From: Octopus vulgaris
Taxonomy: Eukaryota
Assembly (NCBI GenBank): GCA_951406725.2
Contig: OX597831.1
Span: 40,424,001 to 40,488,000, forward strand
DNA length: 64,000 nucleotides
Direction: 5' to 3'
The number at the start of each line of letters is the position of its first letter. Positions within the stretch are counted from its first letter, which is position 1. The notes beneath the pieces are model-generated. The model was not told the DNA's origin. It worked only from the letters and a program-made list of their open reading frames with translations, and did no database searches. This document shows positions 26,552 through 42,510 of this stretch, piece after piece. The translations under genes were made by a program, and so were the position numbers.

Positions 26552-27110
26552 TGAGTGAGAGAGCAGTGCATGTCATCAAAGTGACACTGGGGTAAAATAT
26601 ACGAAACTCAGTATACCCATCATGACTACCCGTCTGATAAGGATACACTAGGCACATGCATCACAGCCATATGTGCGTAACATGGTGATCTCATATCAAG
26701 ATAAACAGCATATGGCCTTGCAGGAGGGACCCAATAAGAATTTTCTTCTGGGCAAGTAACCCATCCCGCTCAAAAGTTCCCTGATTAAGGGTTATTTAAG
26801 GATGTTGAACGAAACACCCATGTTTCCAGAGGTGAATTATCCAAACCCCAAAGAATCCCGCTCAACACATGGCTATGATTCCCCCCCCACTACTTCTGCT
26901 CGTGATCAGAGGTGCACATATCGTTAGCCACTAAGGGACATGCTCAACTGGTTAAGGTCAAACAACCGACAAGTAAATCTGTGGTATTGAGTAGACTATT
27001 TGCTGTAGCCCGTCTTTTATACCAAAGCAAAACAATGCGCATGATAACACATCCTATCAATTAAGATCAGAAGCCACGAGAGCCACTGCCTAGTACTGCA
27101 TCAGGGCATT
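26552..27110 (+). mobile_element. ~560-bp non-coding interspersed element inserted in (TAA)n (orientation arbitrary)
   Basis: Copies at 29422-29988 and 40898-41456 (inverted), with a stub at 24727. All are flanked by TAA/ATT arrays. Confidence 0.8.
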
Positions 27111-27351
27111 CTTATTATTATTATTATCATTATTATGAAGGCGGCGAGTTGGCAGAATCGTTAGCACGCTGGTCGAAATGCTTAGCGGTATTTCGTCCGT
27201 CGCTGTGCTCTGAGTTCAAATTCCACCGAGGTCGACTTTACCTTTCATCCTTTCGAAATCGATAAATTAAGTACCAGTGAAACACTGGGGTTGATGTAAT
27301 CGACCAGTCCTCTCCCCGAAATTTTCAGGCCTTTTGCCTATGGTAGAAAGG

Positions 27352-27392
<41 letters not shown>

Positions 27393-27420
27393 CATCATCA
27401 TCATCATCATCATCATTATT

Positions 27421-27527
<107 letters not shown>

Positions 27528-27554
27528 CATCATCATCATCATCATCATCATCAT

Positions 27555-28082
27555 TCAGTAGTCTTATTTTTATCACGTGCTTTCACTGCACTACCGAGTG
27601 CAGTTCTGTGTGGCTTGGGTATATGCTGTGGTTAGTTGTGATGCTCTTATTTTCACTGTATTGAAAGCGTTTTACGTACGATGTGTGCAGTGCCTAGTTG
27701 TGCTATTTTCTGTTTGTTATATATGTTTGTTAGTCCTGGTATTTTAGTCATGTATTTGTCTGAATGTTTTGTTTTCAGCATACCTAATGCATCTACTATT
27801 ATAGGAATTGTTTCTGTTTTTAGGCTCCACACTCAAGTTACCTCTACTTCCAGGTTTTTGTATTTTGAAAGTTTCTCTGTTTCTTTTAGAGAAGCATTGT
27901 CATCTGTTGGTATTGATACATCAATTAGAAGGCGTCTTTTTCCTTGGTGACCTCTGACTTCCAGTCTATTAGCCTTGATTTCTCTATCTGTGTGTATTGG
28001 TATATCTCAGAGTATGGGTGCTTTCTCATTTTCTGTGATATTTTCTGGGGTGTGCCTATACCATATTTTTTCTGCTGTTATT
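27555..28082 (-). mobile_element. Dong/R4-like RLE retrotransposon 3' fragment
   Basis: Reverse strand encodes ILRYTNTHTDREIKANR..., LLIDVSIP..., KLSKYKNLEVEV (PD-D/ExK endonuclease region). Flanked by (ATT)n. Confidence 0.78.
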
Positions 28083-28093
28083 CCACATCATCA

Positions 28094-28172
<79 letters not shown>

Positions 28173-28186
28173 CATCATTTTTATTT

Positions 28187-28237
<51 letters not shown>

Positions 28238-28274
28238 TTTCTTGTTATTTTCATATTTATTAATTATACTCCAG

Positions 28275-28392
28275 AATAAAATATCGCGAAAAAGAATGGT
28301 TGAAGAGAATTCAAGAACTGCAAGAGAAAAAACTATTGAAAGAAAGTGAAGAAACTGAAAGGCTCTTAAGACTGGAAATTCTGCGAGAAAAA
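28275..28392 (+). CDS. CCDC148: CCDC148-like exon
   Basis: ctccag acceptor, GTAACT donor. IKYREKEWLKRIQELQEKK...ERLLRLEILREK resembles VKYRQELLERRL...ERARRLEALRKQ. Phase 2 in, phase 0 out. Confidence 0.87.
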
Positions 28393-28405
28393 GTAACTCA
28401 TTATT

Positions 28406-28440
<35 letters not shown>

Positions 28441-29352
28441 CGTTGCTGTTTTCTTGAGGCTTGGTAACTACAGGTCTCCTAAAATCTCAATCTTTCTTGG
28501 AAATATTGCAGAATACAGTATGGCATTATTCTTCAATTCCATATAATACCTATATCTATTCCAATAGCTTTCAGTCTCTTTGAGAACACTTTGGCTATTG
28601 TACCAAGTACACCAATTATTTCTCACCTTTGTATTCCACAATCCTTTATCTCTTTGGTTAAGTTTTCGTATTTGGCAATTTTACCAGTTTCTTTGTTGCT
28701 CTCTCCACTATCATATAACATTGCAAAGTATACGATCCTATGCGTCGGGTTCACAATCACGAGGTAGTGAGTTCGATTCCCGGACCGGGTTGCATGTTGT
28801 ACTCTTGAGTAAAACGCTTTTTTTTCACGTTGCTCCTGTTAACTCATTTGTAGAAATGAGCTCCGACGTCCCTGGTGCCAATCTGTATCGGCCTTTGCCC
28901 TTTCACTTGGATAACATCGGTGGCGTGGAGAAGGGAGGTTGGTATGCATGGACGACTGTTGGTCTTCTATAAACAACATTGCTCAGACTTGTGCCTCAGA
29001 GGAGAACTTTCTAGTTGCAATCCCATGGTCATTCATGACCTAAGGGGGGGGGGTACATTTTTAATAACACCATCATCATTATCATTATCATCGTCATTAT
29101 TGTTAATTAATATTATCATTGCTGCTGTTGTTGTTGCTGTTACTATTGCATTTTACAGTAGTTAGTAACGTTAGTGCGACGAACAAATACATAGCGGCAT
29201 TTCGTCTGTCTTTACATTCTGAGTTCAATTGCCGCCCAGCTCAACATTGCCTTTCATCCTTTCAAGATCGATAAAATAAGTGCCATTTGAACACTGGGAT
29301 TGATTATCCCTCTTCTCTAAAATGTTAGGCTTGTGCCTATAATAAAATATTC

Positions 29353-29421
<69 letters not shown>

Positions 29422-29423
<2 letters not shown>

Positions 29424-29988
29424 GAGTGAGAGAGCAGTTCATGCCATCAAAGTGACACTGGGGTAAAATATACGAAGCCCAATATACCCATCATGACTAC
29501 ACGTCTGATAAGGGTACACCAGGCACATGCATCACAACCATATGTGCACGACATGGTGATCTCATATCAAGATAAACAGCGCATGACCTTGCAGGTGGGG
29601 CCCAGTTAGAATTTTCTTCTGGTCGAGTAAACTATCCCGCTCAAAAGGTCCTTGAATAAGGGTTGTTTAAGGATGTTGAACGAAGCACCCATATTTCCAG
29701 AGGTGAAATATTCAAACTCCAAAGAATTCCTCTCAACACATGATGCTCCCCCACTACTTCTGCTTGTGATCAGAGATGCACATATCGTCAACCACTAAGG
29801 GACATGGCCAAAAGCTTAAGGTTAAACAACTGACCAGCAAATCTTTGGTATTGAGCATAATATTTGCTGTAGCCCATCTTTTATACCAAGACAAAACAAT
29901 GTACATGATAACACTTCCAATCAGTTAAGATCAGAAGTGATAACACTTCCAATCAGTTAAGATCAGAAGTGATAACACTTCCAATCAG
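29422..29988 (+). mobile_element. (TAA)n-associated 560-bp element with 32-bp terminal tandem triplication
   Basis: Matches 26552-27110. tgataacacttccaatcagttaagatcagaag is repeated 2.6 times at 29906-29988. Confidence 0.8.
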
Positions 29989-29990
29989 TA

Positions 29991-30065
<75 letters not shown>

Positions 30066-30452
30066 ATGAAAACACACAGCTTATTTTGCTGGGAATGATG
30101 GAAAGTATCAGCTGTTCACAGCCAGCAGACTAAGGTGACACTTGTTTACTGGTCATGCTTCAGGAACCCTGCGAAGAATTCTTTCAGTTCCAAGCAATGC
30201 TGATTTTTGTTGGTGTTCTACCTTCACACTTGCACCGATCTTTTTCAGCTATGCTGGTAGTTGACTGCTGATACTTCTAAGTGCACTAATGTCTATTGGT
30301 ATCGCGTCTACTCTCTTCAGTGACGAAAGCCTTCGTATTTCTTATTTTAAATTGCCATAGTTGTTTGTTTTTCTTCTTCTTTCACATTAATCCTGTTTTA
30401 TTATTACTATTATTATTGTAGTTGTTGCTATTATTATTGTTGTTATTGTTAC

Positions 30453-30492
<40 letters not shown>

Positions 30493-30511
30493 GTTAATAT
30501 TATAATTTATT

Positions 30512-30564
<53 letters not shown>

Positions 30565-30584
30565 CATCATCATCATCATCATCA

Positions 30585-30637
<53 letters not shown>

Positions 30638-30937
30638 TAAGACGTCGTACAGTATCTAATATCCTGATATGGTTGACTGAAGATGTTGTGTCTACCATCG
30701 GTTTGTACTGTTTGTCAATTCGCAACAAGGACCTCAGAAGACAGAGCTTTACGCAATATTTACGCTGATTTTTGCAATACACCTAGATTGTAGGGTATTT
30801 CTAAAGTTTAGAGATATTTCTTCAGTTTGGGTAGTATTTAACCCAATGCTACAATGACAATAGGCACAACCTATATATTTGACTCTCGTAGCTGCCACAT
30901 CTTGGCGATCTCAATTCTCAGATCTCCATAGTTATCG

Positions 30938-30976
<39 letters not shown>

Positions 30977-31163
30977 CATAATATTATATCATACCCCGAT
31001 ACTGTGTGGACTAAGATCCCCGTTGAGAGGCTGCTGGTATTTATAGAGTGTTAAACACTTTCAGTATGCAAATTAGGGAATCCTTCATAGAGTAACTACT
31101 GCATCTGTTGAGTATATAAACAGTTTGGCTACTTGTTTCTCTGGAGACTGTCAGAATGATGTA

Positions 31164-31210
31164 GACGCATCTGATGAGAACTCAGTGAGATTCGAAAATC
31201 GATTAAGGTC
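31164..31210 (+). ncRNA. Hammerhead motif (stem I degenerate)
   Basis: CTGATGA-gaactcagtgagattc-GAAA ATCGAT TA, within a 300-bp island between two (TA)n tracts. Confidence 0.55.
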
Positions 31211-31278
31211 GTTCATCATTTTTTTCAGTCTGCGGAGAAATGGCAAAATTTGCCCTGTTTATAATTATACCATATGTT

Positions 31279-31371
<93 letters not shown>

Positions 31372-32968
31372 GTATGCATGTGTGTGTGTATTAGACAGAA
31401 ACTGAAAGAAGCCCCTCCTATATATACGTATGTGCCTTTGTGTCTGAATTTTCCTTCACCACCGTTTGGTGACCGATGTTGGAGTATTCACGATCCCATT
31501 TACTAAGCGATTCGGCAAAAGGCATCGATGGAAAATAGCAGACTTAATTAAAAATGAATACTGTGGTTGATTCATTTGATTACATCTCTTCCAGGTGGTG
31601 CCCCCGCACGGCCACAGTCTAATGACCGAAACCAGTTAACTATGCACACACATTCATACACGACGGGCTTCTTTCAGTTTCCATCTAATAATTTAACTCA
31701 CATGGCTTTAATAGACCTCGTAGTATAGTGGAAGACACTTGTGCTAGGTGCAACGTAATGGAACTGAACCCTGAATGTTTTTGCTTGGGAAGGAAACTTC
31801 TTACCACGCAACCACACCAGTGCAATCATATTAAGACCCAAATATATATGAGTATAATCTCTTCGGGAAAGTATATTTCTGCTTTCGTCGTCCTTATATC
31901 GCTCATAACCTCTGCTACTTTAAACCGATTCCGTTGACGATATTGTCACTCCCACCATTGGTCTTGTTATAGATGTTGTGTTTGTTATGGCAGTTATTGG
32001 CGAAGGCGCATGGCTTAGTGGTTAGGGCGTTTGTCTCAGTGTCGTCCTCATTATCACCCATATCGTCCGTGTGGGTTTTCTTTTCCTGGAAGCTTTTATG
32101 TTTATGTTGCTATGAATGTCGCAAGGCCGTGAGTTAGTATCTGGTAGTGCATTGTGTCCTTGAGTAAGGCACTTTATTTCTCGCTGTTCCAGTCCACTCA
32201 GCTCGCAAAAATGAGTAGTATCTGTATTTCAAAGGGCCAACTTTGTCGCTGTCAGTGTCATGCATAAAACTTCCAGAAAACTCCGTTAAGGGTACATGTG
32301 TCTGTGAAATGATCAGCTAACCACTAGTGTAGCTAGTGGAGGGCAGTAGTGGGGTACACCCTGGGCGGCACTATTAAAGGGACGGCACTTTTGGGTCTGC
32401 TGTTGGCAATACGTGTTTTCTCTGGGCTCCCATCACGTAAAATATATGAGTAGGCTGATCCTGTTCGGATCAACTGGAACACTCGTCCTCGTAACCGACG
32501 GAGTGCCAGTTTGACGGTTATTATCACGAATATATTTACATTGTTGTAAATCAGTGTCGTCCTCATTATCACCCATATCGTCCGTGTGGGTTTTCTTTTC
32601 CTGGAAGCTTTTGCTATGTTTATGTTGCTATGAATGTCGCTAATTGTTTTGAACTTTGGTTCACAACACAGTAAATGTTTCATGTGGTGGTAGTGGAAGT
32701 GGTGGTGGTGGTGGTGTCGGTACGAGATGATTTTCAAAAAGTCGGTTGTCGACAACTGCTGTGAGAATTATCTCCTACAACAACCACCATCGTCACCGTC
32801 TTCACCACCACCATCAACACCCCCACCTCCTCCCACCACCACAACCAATACCACCGCCGCCGCCGCTGTAGCCGTAAAATAAATATCTGCTGCCAAGGCA
32901 GAAATAGGTGTTTAATTATATACATATAATATATAGGTGTTTGTTTCAGTGTGTGTGTATATATCTAT

Positions 32969-33005
<37 letters not shown>

Positions 33006-33069
33006 CACACATACATATATATTTATATGGATGCACATTACATTTATACAAGTGAATGTGTGTAAATAC

Positions 33070-33104
<35 letters not shown>

Positions 33105-33489
33105 AGTATTTACATAATATATAAATATATATGCACACACACATATATAAATATGTATGCATACACACACATATATAAATATGTATGCACACACGCACAT
33201 ATATAAATATGTATGCAAACACACATATATATGCATCGGTGTGTATGTGTGTGTGAGTGTGTATACAACTAGCATCTTTCAGTTTCTGCCTATCAAATCC
33301 ATTTACAAGGCTTCAGTCAGACAGATGTAGGAGACACTTGCCCAAGACTCTACACAATGGCCTGAACCCAGAGCCATATGGTTGAGAAGCAAGCTTCTTA
33401 CCACATAGCCATGCCTGCGTCTAGCCGCCATGATTGACCGCTAGCTCCAAAAGTGTTTTTATTTTCTCTCTGCTTATTTCATCGTGTTC

Positions 33490-33525
33490 CTTTCTGCTGA
33501 AGAGCGTAGGCTCGAAACGTAAAAG
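33490..33525 (+). ncRNA. Minimal hammerhead motif with position-6 variant
   Basis: cttt-CTGCTGA-agagcgtaggctc-GAAACGTA-aaag. Family member at 52533-52568 (-) has CTGTCGA. Confidence 0.55.
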
Positions 33526-34355
33526 ACTTTCTTATCTTCCCGAGCGTTAAGCTAATACGCATGTTTGTTGTTTATACACCTGTCTTCGTCTTTTGTTTTT
33601 CTGTAAATTTCAACTACACACACACACACACACAGTTATATGTGTGTGTACGTATGTGTGCACGTGTACATATATGTGTATATATATTCAAATATATAAA
33701 TACATCCAGAGATCCTAGACATCAAAGCATTCCACCCAGAACCGTCCTTCCTTTCTGCTCCCTCCTCAGATATAATTTATGTAGATCTACGAATTCCAAT
33801 GTTAGCTTAAGTCTAATACTCTGAGTGATTTTCTAGTGCTATGTCTAGCAAATCGAGTGAACCTTTGGAGGCCCTGTATGGTAGTATACACCTGCACATA
33901 TGTGTCATATATTCTTTTCTACTCTAGACACAAGACCCGAAATTTTGGGGAAGGGGGCCAAGTCGATTAGATCGACCCTCGACCCCAAAAGGATGAAAGG
34001 TAAAGACGACCTCAGCGGAATTTGAACTCAGAACGTAAAGACAGACGAAATGCTGCTAAGCGTGTCGCCCGGCGTGCTAACGTTTCTGCCAGCTCGCCGC
34101 CTTATATATGTGTCATATATTGCAAGACATAAAGGGTCCGCTTCAAGCCCAATGCAACTTAAACGATGTTGGTATTTTAAGTCGTGTAAATAAATATGAT
34201 ACACAAATTAGAAACCCTTGCACACGCACACACACACACACGCACACACACACGCACGCACACGCACATAAATACACGCACACAAACCTTACTATGTACA
34301 TAGTCTACAATTACATACATCGCATACATACATAATTTTATACACGATAAACTGA

Positions 34356-34415
<60 letters not shown>

Positions 34416-34446
34416 AATTATTATCATTATTATTATTATTATTATA

Positions 34447-34568
<122 letters not shown>

Positions 34569-34731
34569 TATTATTAGCATTAGATAACTATATATATATA
34601 TATGAAAATTATTGCATATACATATATATATATATATAAATTACATATACAAATACGCATATATATGGACATACATATATATATATATATGTATATGTAC
34701 ATATACATAGAGACATGTTTGTGTATGTGTG

Positions 34732-34775
<44 letters not shown>

Positions 34776-34779
34776 TATA

Positions 34780-34859
<80 letters not shown>

Positions 34860-35282
34860 ACGAAAGCAATTCATCATAAGTACCATTAGCGATGACCTTT
34901 CAACTACTTACGTTTTATTTTCCGGCTTTGCTCGGTGGGAACAATATTAGGAGGCTTCCTTTATCTTCGTTAAAGTTCACAAAATGGCGACCTGGCCTTT
35001 TGATGACGCAAGCCATCACTAGTTTCCTCGGACACAAGCGTTCGCCCATTCTTTTGACTTTTAATGTGACACAGCTGTCAAAGTGATTTTTCGCAAAATA
35101 ATTACTTTCTTCTTTTATATATATAATTGTTAAGTTATTATTGATGTTCATTCGCTCCTCTTCAAAATATTTTCTATTTTCGTTTGGTGCAGAAGAAAAA
35201 TAAATAAAGAAAAGAAAACTAACAAAAACAAATACACCTATATGAATGCCAATATTTTAGGCATATATACATATATACATAC

Positions 35283-35313
<31 letters not shown>

Positions 35314-35394
35314 TGTATGTATGTATGTATGTATGTATGTATGTATGTATGTATGTTTATGATAAATAGATAAATAAATAGATGAATAGAAAGA

Positions 35395-35447
<53 letters not shown>

Positions 35448-35580
35448 CTATATATCTATATATATCAATACACATATCTTTTACATATATGTGTGTACGT
35501 ATGTAAGAAGTATATGAATGTGTATGCATATATGCGCTAAATATGCATATATATATACATATGTGTATATATATATATAA

Positions 35581-35640
<60 letters not shown>

Positions 35641-35839
35641 GTGTGTGGTACACTTCATCAAACAATTAGGAAGACTGTACGTTAATTAAGAATTCAATAC
35701 CTTTTAAGCGTAGATATATACACACACACACACGCACATATAGCTAGCTTGCTAGATATTTATATATGAATATAGATATATATGCATATATATCTATTAT
35801 ATGTTATGTATCTTTACATATATACATATATATATACAT

Positions 35840-35886
<47 letters not shown>

Positions 35887-36328
35887 CATACATACATACA
35901 CTCATGTATGTATGTTTATAACTCTGTAGAAAAAAATATATAAATGGCATAAAAAAAATGAAAGCCACTATTAAAACAGCGCAGTGCCAGGAGGTTCCAC
36001 TTTAAATCTTTATAAAGACAACTAACTAAATTATGGCTTGAACTTCGACCCCTTCTTCAAGAGAAAATATAGAGTATGGATGTTATATATACTTTCTCTT
36101 TTACCATCCATATCTCTCTTTCTGTCTGTCTCTTTCTCTCTCTCTTTTTCTCTCTCCCCCTCTCTCTCACACACACACATCCCCATACATTTAAGTATAT
36201 ATATATGTATATAGATATATATTTAAATATTTAGATATATATAAGTATATATATATATATATATATGTACATGTGCTCATATAGATGTGTATGTATTTAT
36301 AGGCATATAATACATAGATAGATACATA

Positions 36329-36369
<41 letters not shown>

Positions 36370-36548
36370 CTGTTTCTGTATGTATATACGTGAGTATATG
36401 TAGATATACGTATTTCAATATAAATGAATGTGTGTGTGTGTACGTCTGCGTGTGTGTGTACGTCTGCGTGTGTGTTGATATACACAGACTTAGGAGTATG
36501 AATAGTAATGTATATACAGTACATATAAGTATATATATACATATATAC

Positions 36549-36597
<49 letters not shown>

Positions 36598-37226
36598 CAC
36601 ACACTCTATATATATATAAATACACATATACATACATACTATACACGCATATATATTATGTACTGAGTATATATATACATATATATGTATAGATATATTC
36701 ATATGTATATACGTATATATATATAGATGTATATTTTGTATATATTTATGTTTGTTTATGTATGTATGTAAACTATGCGTTAATAACCGTTGACAATTTC
36801 TCTGAACACGCAACGATTTTTGTCTTTTCTGAAAACTATGAATAGCTATAAACGCGTCGATATTTTTTTCATATGCGCGCTTATGTATACATAATCACTC
36901 ACACATTTTATACACACCCAGCTGACCGAAATCAATAGAGCCTGAACTTTCAGACCGAATTTGCTCAAGTCCATCTTGCAATTTCGTAAATGCGCAATGT
37001 TCTTAACAGTAGCAATGTATAACTTCGACACGGCCTTATCTCACGGTGACGCGGTATCAACCAGACTATCGTGTGTTATACATCGGTTGTCACAATGCGC
37101 TTCGCCGTTATTTAGCTTTCAAGTGACGCCACTCCGCTCTCTTGGCGTGATCAGAAGCCTGTTCCGTCAAAACGTTACCCATTTACAGGTGCGTGGATTG
37201 TAACGACGTAAATTGAAATGTATGTA

Positions 37227-37258
<32 letters not shown>

Positions 37259-37275
37259 CATACGTATATACATAC

Positions 37276-37320
<45 letters not shown>

Positions 37321-37567
37321 ATTCTTGTATTCTTTTATTTGTCTCAGTAATTTGACTGCAGCCAAGCTGGAGTGCCGCCTTTAGTCGAACAAATCGACCC
37401 CAGGACTTATTCGTTGTAAGCCTAGTACTACTTATTCTATCGGCCTCTTTTACGGGGACATAAACACATCGACAGCGTTTGTCAAGCGATGGTGGGGACA
37501 CAAACACAGATACACAAATACTCACACACACACACGCATACATACACACAAATACACACGCATACAT

Positions 37568-37619
<52 letters not shown>

Positions 37620-38096
37620 ACACACACACACACATATTTGCCCAAAGGCCAAAAATACTTGATATTAAATTTTATTTATTCATTTGGTAAAATGGTGTCG
37701 CCCTCAAGAAGGACTTCTGTTTGAACAATTTTCATGATATTTCATATTTAGATGTTTTTATTAAATTTCATTCAGTTGTTAAACACAAATAAATATTGGA
37801 ATTAAATGGTTTTGATTTACTATCAGGTGACTTTTGGCCAACCCTGTATATATGTGCGCACACACACACACACATGCAAACACATGAACACATATATGTA
37901 TGTATGTACTGGAATTAAAAACAACTTTAATAATATATAATATGCCATGTATCCGCAAACAAGCTTCAGGCTCGGTGCATACCGATAGAGGTTATTTGAA
38001 AACCAGGACGCTGGTATATGAAAAAAAAAAAGAACTCTCCTCCCCCCCCACACACACACGTATGTATTTGTGCTTACGTGTATCTCTCTTTTCTCT

Positions 38097-38502
38097 TTTC
38101 CTTGTTTCAGTCATTTGACTGCGGCCATGCTGGAGCACCGCCTTTTAGTCGAGCAAATCGACCCCGGGACTTATTCTTTGTAAGCCCAGTACTTATTCCA
38201 TCGGTCTCTTTTGCCGCCGAACCGCTAAGTGACGGGGACGTAAACACACCAGCATCGGTTGTCAAGCAATGCTAGGGAGACAACACACAAACACACAAAC
38301 ACATACACACACATACATATACATATATATACATATATACGACAGTCTTCTTTCAGTTTCCGTCTACCAAATCCACTCACAAGGCATTGGTCGGCCCGGG
38401 GCTATAGTAGAAGACACTTGCCCAAGATGTCACGCAGTGGGACTGAACCCGAAACCATGTGGTTGGTTAGGAAGCTACTTACCACACAGCCACTCCTGCG
38501 CC
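38097..38502 (-). mobile_element. tRNA-derived CORE-like SINE, family C
   Basis: Head GGCGCAGGAGTGGCTGTGTGGTAAG...GGTTCAGTCCC, then cttgggcaagtgtctt and an internal (TA)(TG) tract. Copies at 45984 and 47121. Confidence 0.85.
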
Positions 38503-39013
38503 TTTGTGTTTCTTTTTTTTTTGGTTTTTGTGTTATGTCTAAATGTATAGGTGTGTATGTGTTTTCTTCTGACGGCTTATTTCCTTTTTTCGTCTTAAAA
38601 GAAAATAATCTCTAATCACTTCCTCCGTTGATTATTTTGTTTATTTTTATACCTCGAAAATCGCATCTCGCACCCCGATTGGAACTTATCCATCCAACCT
38701 ACTCTATATGAATCGTCAATACACGTCAGTAATCCAACTAGTAGTCGTTCAAACGTACCCACATACATAAATATATACACACGTACACATACACATGAAT
38801 ATAACTACACACATTTACATCGCAAACACACAGATTTGCCTCGCTATCAATAATAATAATGATGATAATAATAATAATAATTATAATAATGATGATGATG
38901 ATGATGATGAGGATAATGATGATAATAATAATAATAATGATGATGATGATGATGATGTTAATAATAATAATAATGATGATAATAATAATAATAATGATGA
39001 TGATGATGATGAT

Positions 39014-39071
<58 letters not shown>

Positions 39072-39460
39072 TATATGTTTTTAGAACGGTTTTCCTGCCA
39101 AAATCTTTAAAATCTCTCCTCTGCCAATGTTGGGCCCCGCTCTCTATCCTTGGACACACTGCAGTGCATTTTATCTGACTTCGATGATGCCAATACGCAC
39201 GCATATCTCTCTGGATCATCTCCAAAAATAATACTACATGTTTATTTTTGTTGTTGTTGCTAATATATTTTTTCAGAAAATAATTTTGTCTATTCCAATT
39301 CAATAACGATACTAGTGATGATGACGAAGGTGGTGATGTTAATAATAATAAAAAAGAAAATTATGATCAAAATTATGATGATGATGATGATGATAATGAT
39401 ACATTTCCAGCAATGTATATATATCAGGTTATAACTTCATATTCGTGAATTCAGAATTTA

Positions 39461-39613
<153 letters not shown>

Positions 39614-39626
39614 GTCTATCTGTCTA

Positions 39627-39661
<35 letters not shown>

Positions 39662-39912
39662 GTCTGTCTGTCTGTCTGTCTGTTTGTTTATCTATCTGTC
39701 TGTCTGTCTGTCTGTCTGTCTGCCTGTCCGTCCCGTTTGTCTGTCTCTCTGCCTGTCTGTGTATGTACATATGCATCTATCTATATATCTATCTATATAA
39801 CTATCGATGTATACCCCTAACTGACTGTTTGTCTGTCAGTCTCTGTGTGTGTCTCTCTCTCTATATATATATATAAAAATATATAAACAAAATATGCATA
39901 TACACACAAGTG

Positions 39913-39990
<78 letters not shown>

Positions 39991-40812
39991 CGAACTCGCA
40001 CACACACACACACACACGCTCTTTCGCTCTCTCTCTTTCTCTCTTACTCACAAATATACACACACGTTGTTTTATCATCGTTTCTTACTGTACTGCCTGT
40101 CGATTCTTGATTGCATCGTTCTAGCAGCTTACGTATCAATTATTTCTATGAGAAGCGGTTACAGACCACATCTCTCAAACTTTCTCATAGTGCAACGTAG
40201 CGAAAATTCAGAGAGAGAGAGAGAGAGAGAGAGATTGAGAAGGTGGGCAGAAAGACAGACAGACAGACAGGCAAACAGACTGGCAGACAAGCAAAGTGAT
40301 CCATCAAATTTCTTTGGCAAGGAAAAGCGTTGTTGCCATGACAAAAGAAATTCTGTTGCTGCAATGTTTGAGGACGGATCTTCCGCCCTCAGGCTAAGCC
40401 CTCATCATCTTCAAATATCGCTGGAGATGAAGCCGAAGTTGGAAACGGAAATGCTACATGAGCCTGTAAATTTTACGACAAGGGTAAGTTTGACGAATTT
40501 GAGATACTAAAAGAGAAGCGAACAACTGTGGCATGCTACAATAATATTTGTAGGCAAAACCACCATTCAGTGCTAGCCACTCAAATCCCGCACAGTCGGA
40601 CGTAGTTTCCACTATTTCGGACGCTGGTAACAGTGAGTAAAAATCTTGAGAAGTACATGGAACAAAATAAGGCCTGCAATAAATGTGGAGCACTTGCAGA
40701 AAACAGCACTGCTTGGAACCGCTAGAATACTCCGGAAAGTGCTCTAAAAATAAGGGACGTTACTTTAGTTTACTGATAGTACATCTCCAGCGTTAGAAGC
40801 TGTGCAATGACA

Positions 40813-41587
<775 letters not shown>

Positions 41588-41649
41588 AAGAAGAAGAAGA
41601 AGAAGAAGAAGAAGAAGAAGAAGAAGAAGAAGAAGAGGAAGCAATAATA

Positions 41650-42330
41650 AAAATGGGAAGAATAAGAAATGCTTAATGATAGATATTACAGTACCATCAG
41701 AAAGAAATGTGTCCATTAAAGAAGTTGAGCAGTCATTTAAGTGCAAAGACCTAGGAATAGAAGCGACCAAGATGTGGGGAATGAAAAGCAGCACAGTACC
41801 AGTGGTGATTGGAGCGTTAGGGCTAATTAAAAAGGGCCTTGATAAGCAGCTCAACAAACTCCTTTGCAGTGTTAACGTGGGAGAACTTCAGAAAATAGTG
41901 TTGCTAGGTTCCGCATACATTTTACGCCGTGTACTCTCCATGAGATGAGGACCTGCTGTGACTCTAGGGTCAAGGGATGACCCCGGTTCAGCAGAAGAGA
42001 ACGGACCATATTTTAATTTTTAAAAATAATAATAATCCATTGCAGGATCATAGATATAGCATGCCCAGCTGACAACAAAGTATGCGATAAGGAAGAAAGA
42101 AAATTCGAGAGATATGAGAGGTTAGCTTGGGAAGTTAAACAGTTGTGGTCGAGAAGCACGTGGAACAAATAGGGGCTGCAATAAGAGTGGAGCACTTGCA
42201 GAAAAACAGCACTGCTTGGAACCACTCGAAGGCTCCGGAAGGAGCTCGAAAAATAAGAGGTGTTACCTTAGTTCACTGCTAGTTGACACTGTAATACATC
42301 TCCAGCGTTAGAAGCTGTGCAAAGGCAATA
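41650..42330 (+). mobile_element. Two Dong/R4-like RLE retrotransposon 3' ends
   Basis: CLMIDITVPSERNVSIKEVEQ..KCKDL..MWGMK..VPVVIGALG..LQKIVLLGSAYILRRVL. A second element IIDIACP...LQKTALLGT ends in (TAA)n. Confidence 0.82.
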
Positions 42331-42350
42331 ATAATAATAATAACAATAAC

Positions 42351-42381
<31 letters not shown>

Positions 42382-42427
42382 GTGATAAGAATAACAATAA
42401 GAATTATCATCATTATTATTATTCATA

Positions 42428-42510
<83 letters not shown>

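Noticed and set aside
29906-29988. 32-bp repeats of CRISPR-like length
   Set aside because: Head-to-tail with no spacers, inside an interspersed element in eukaryotic DNA.
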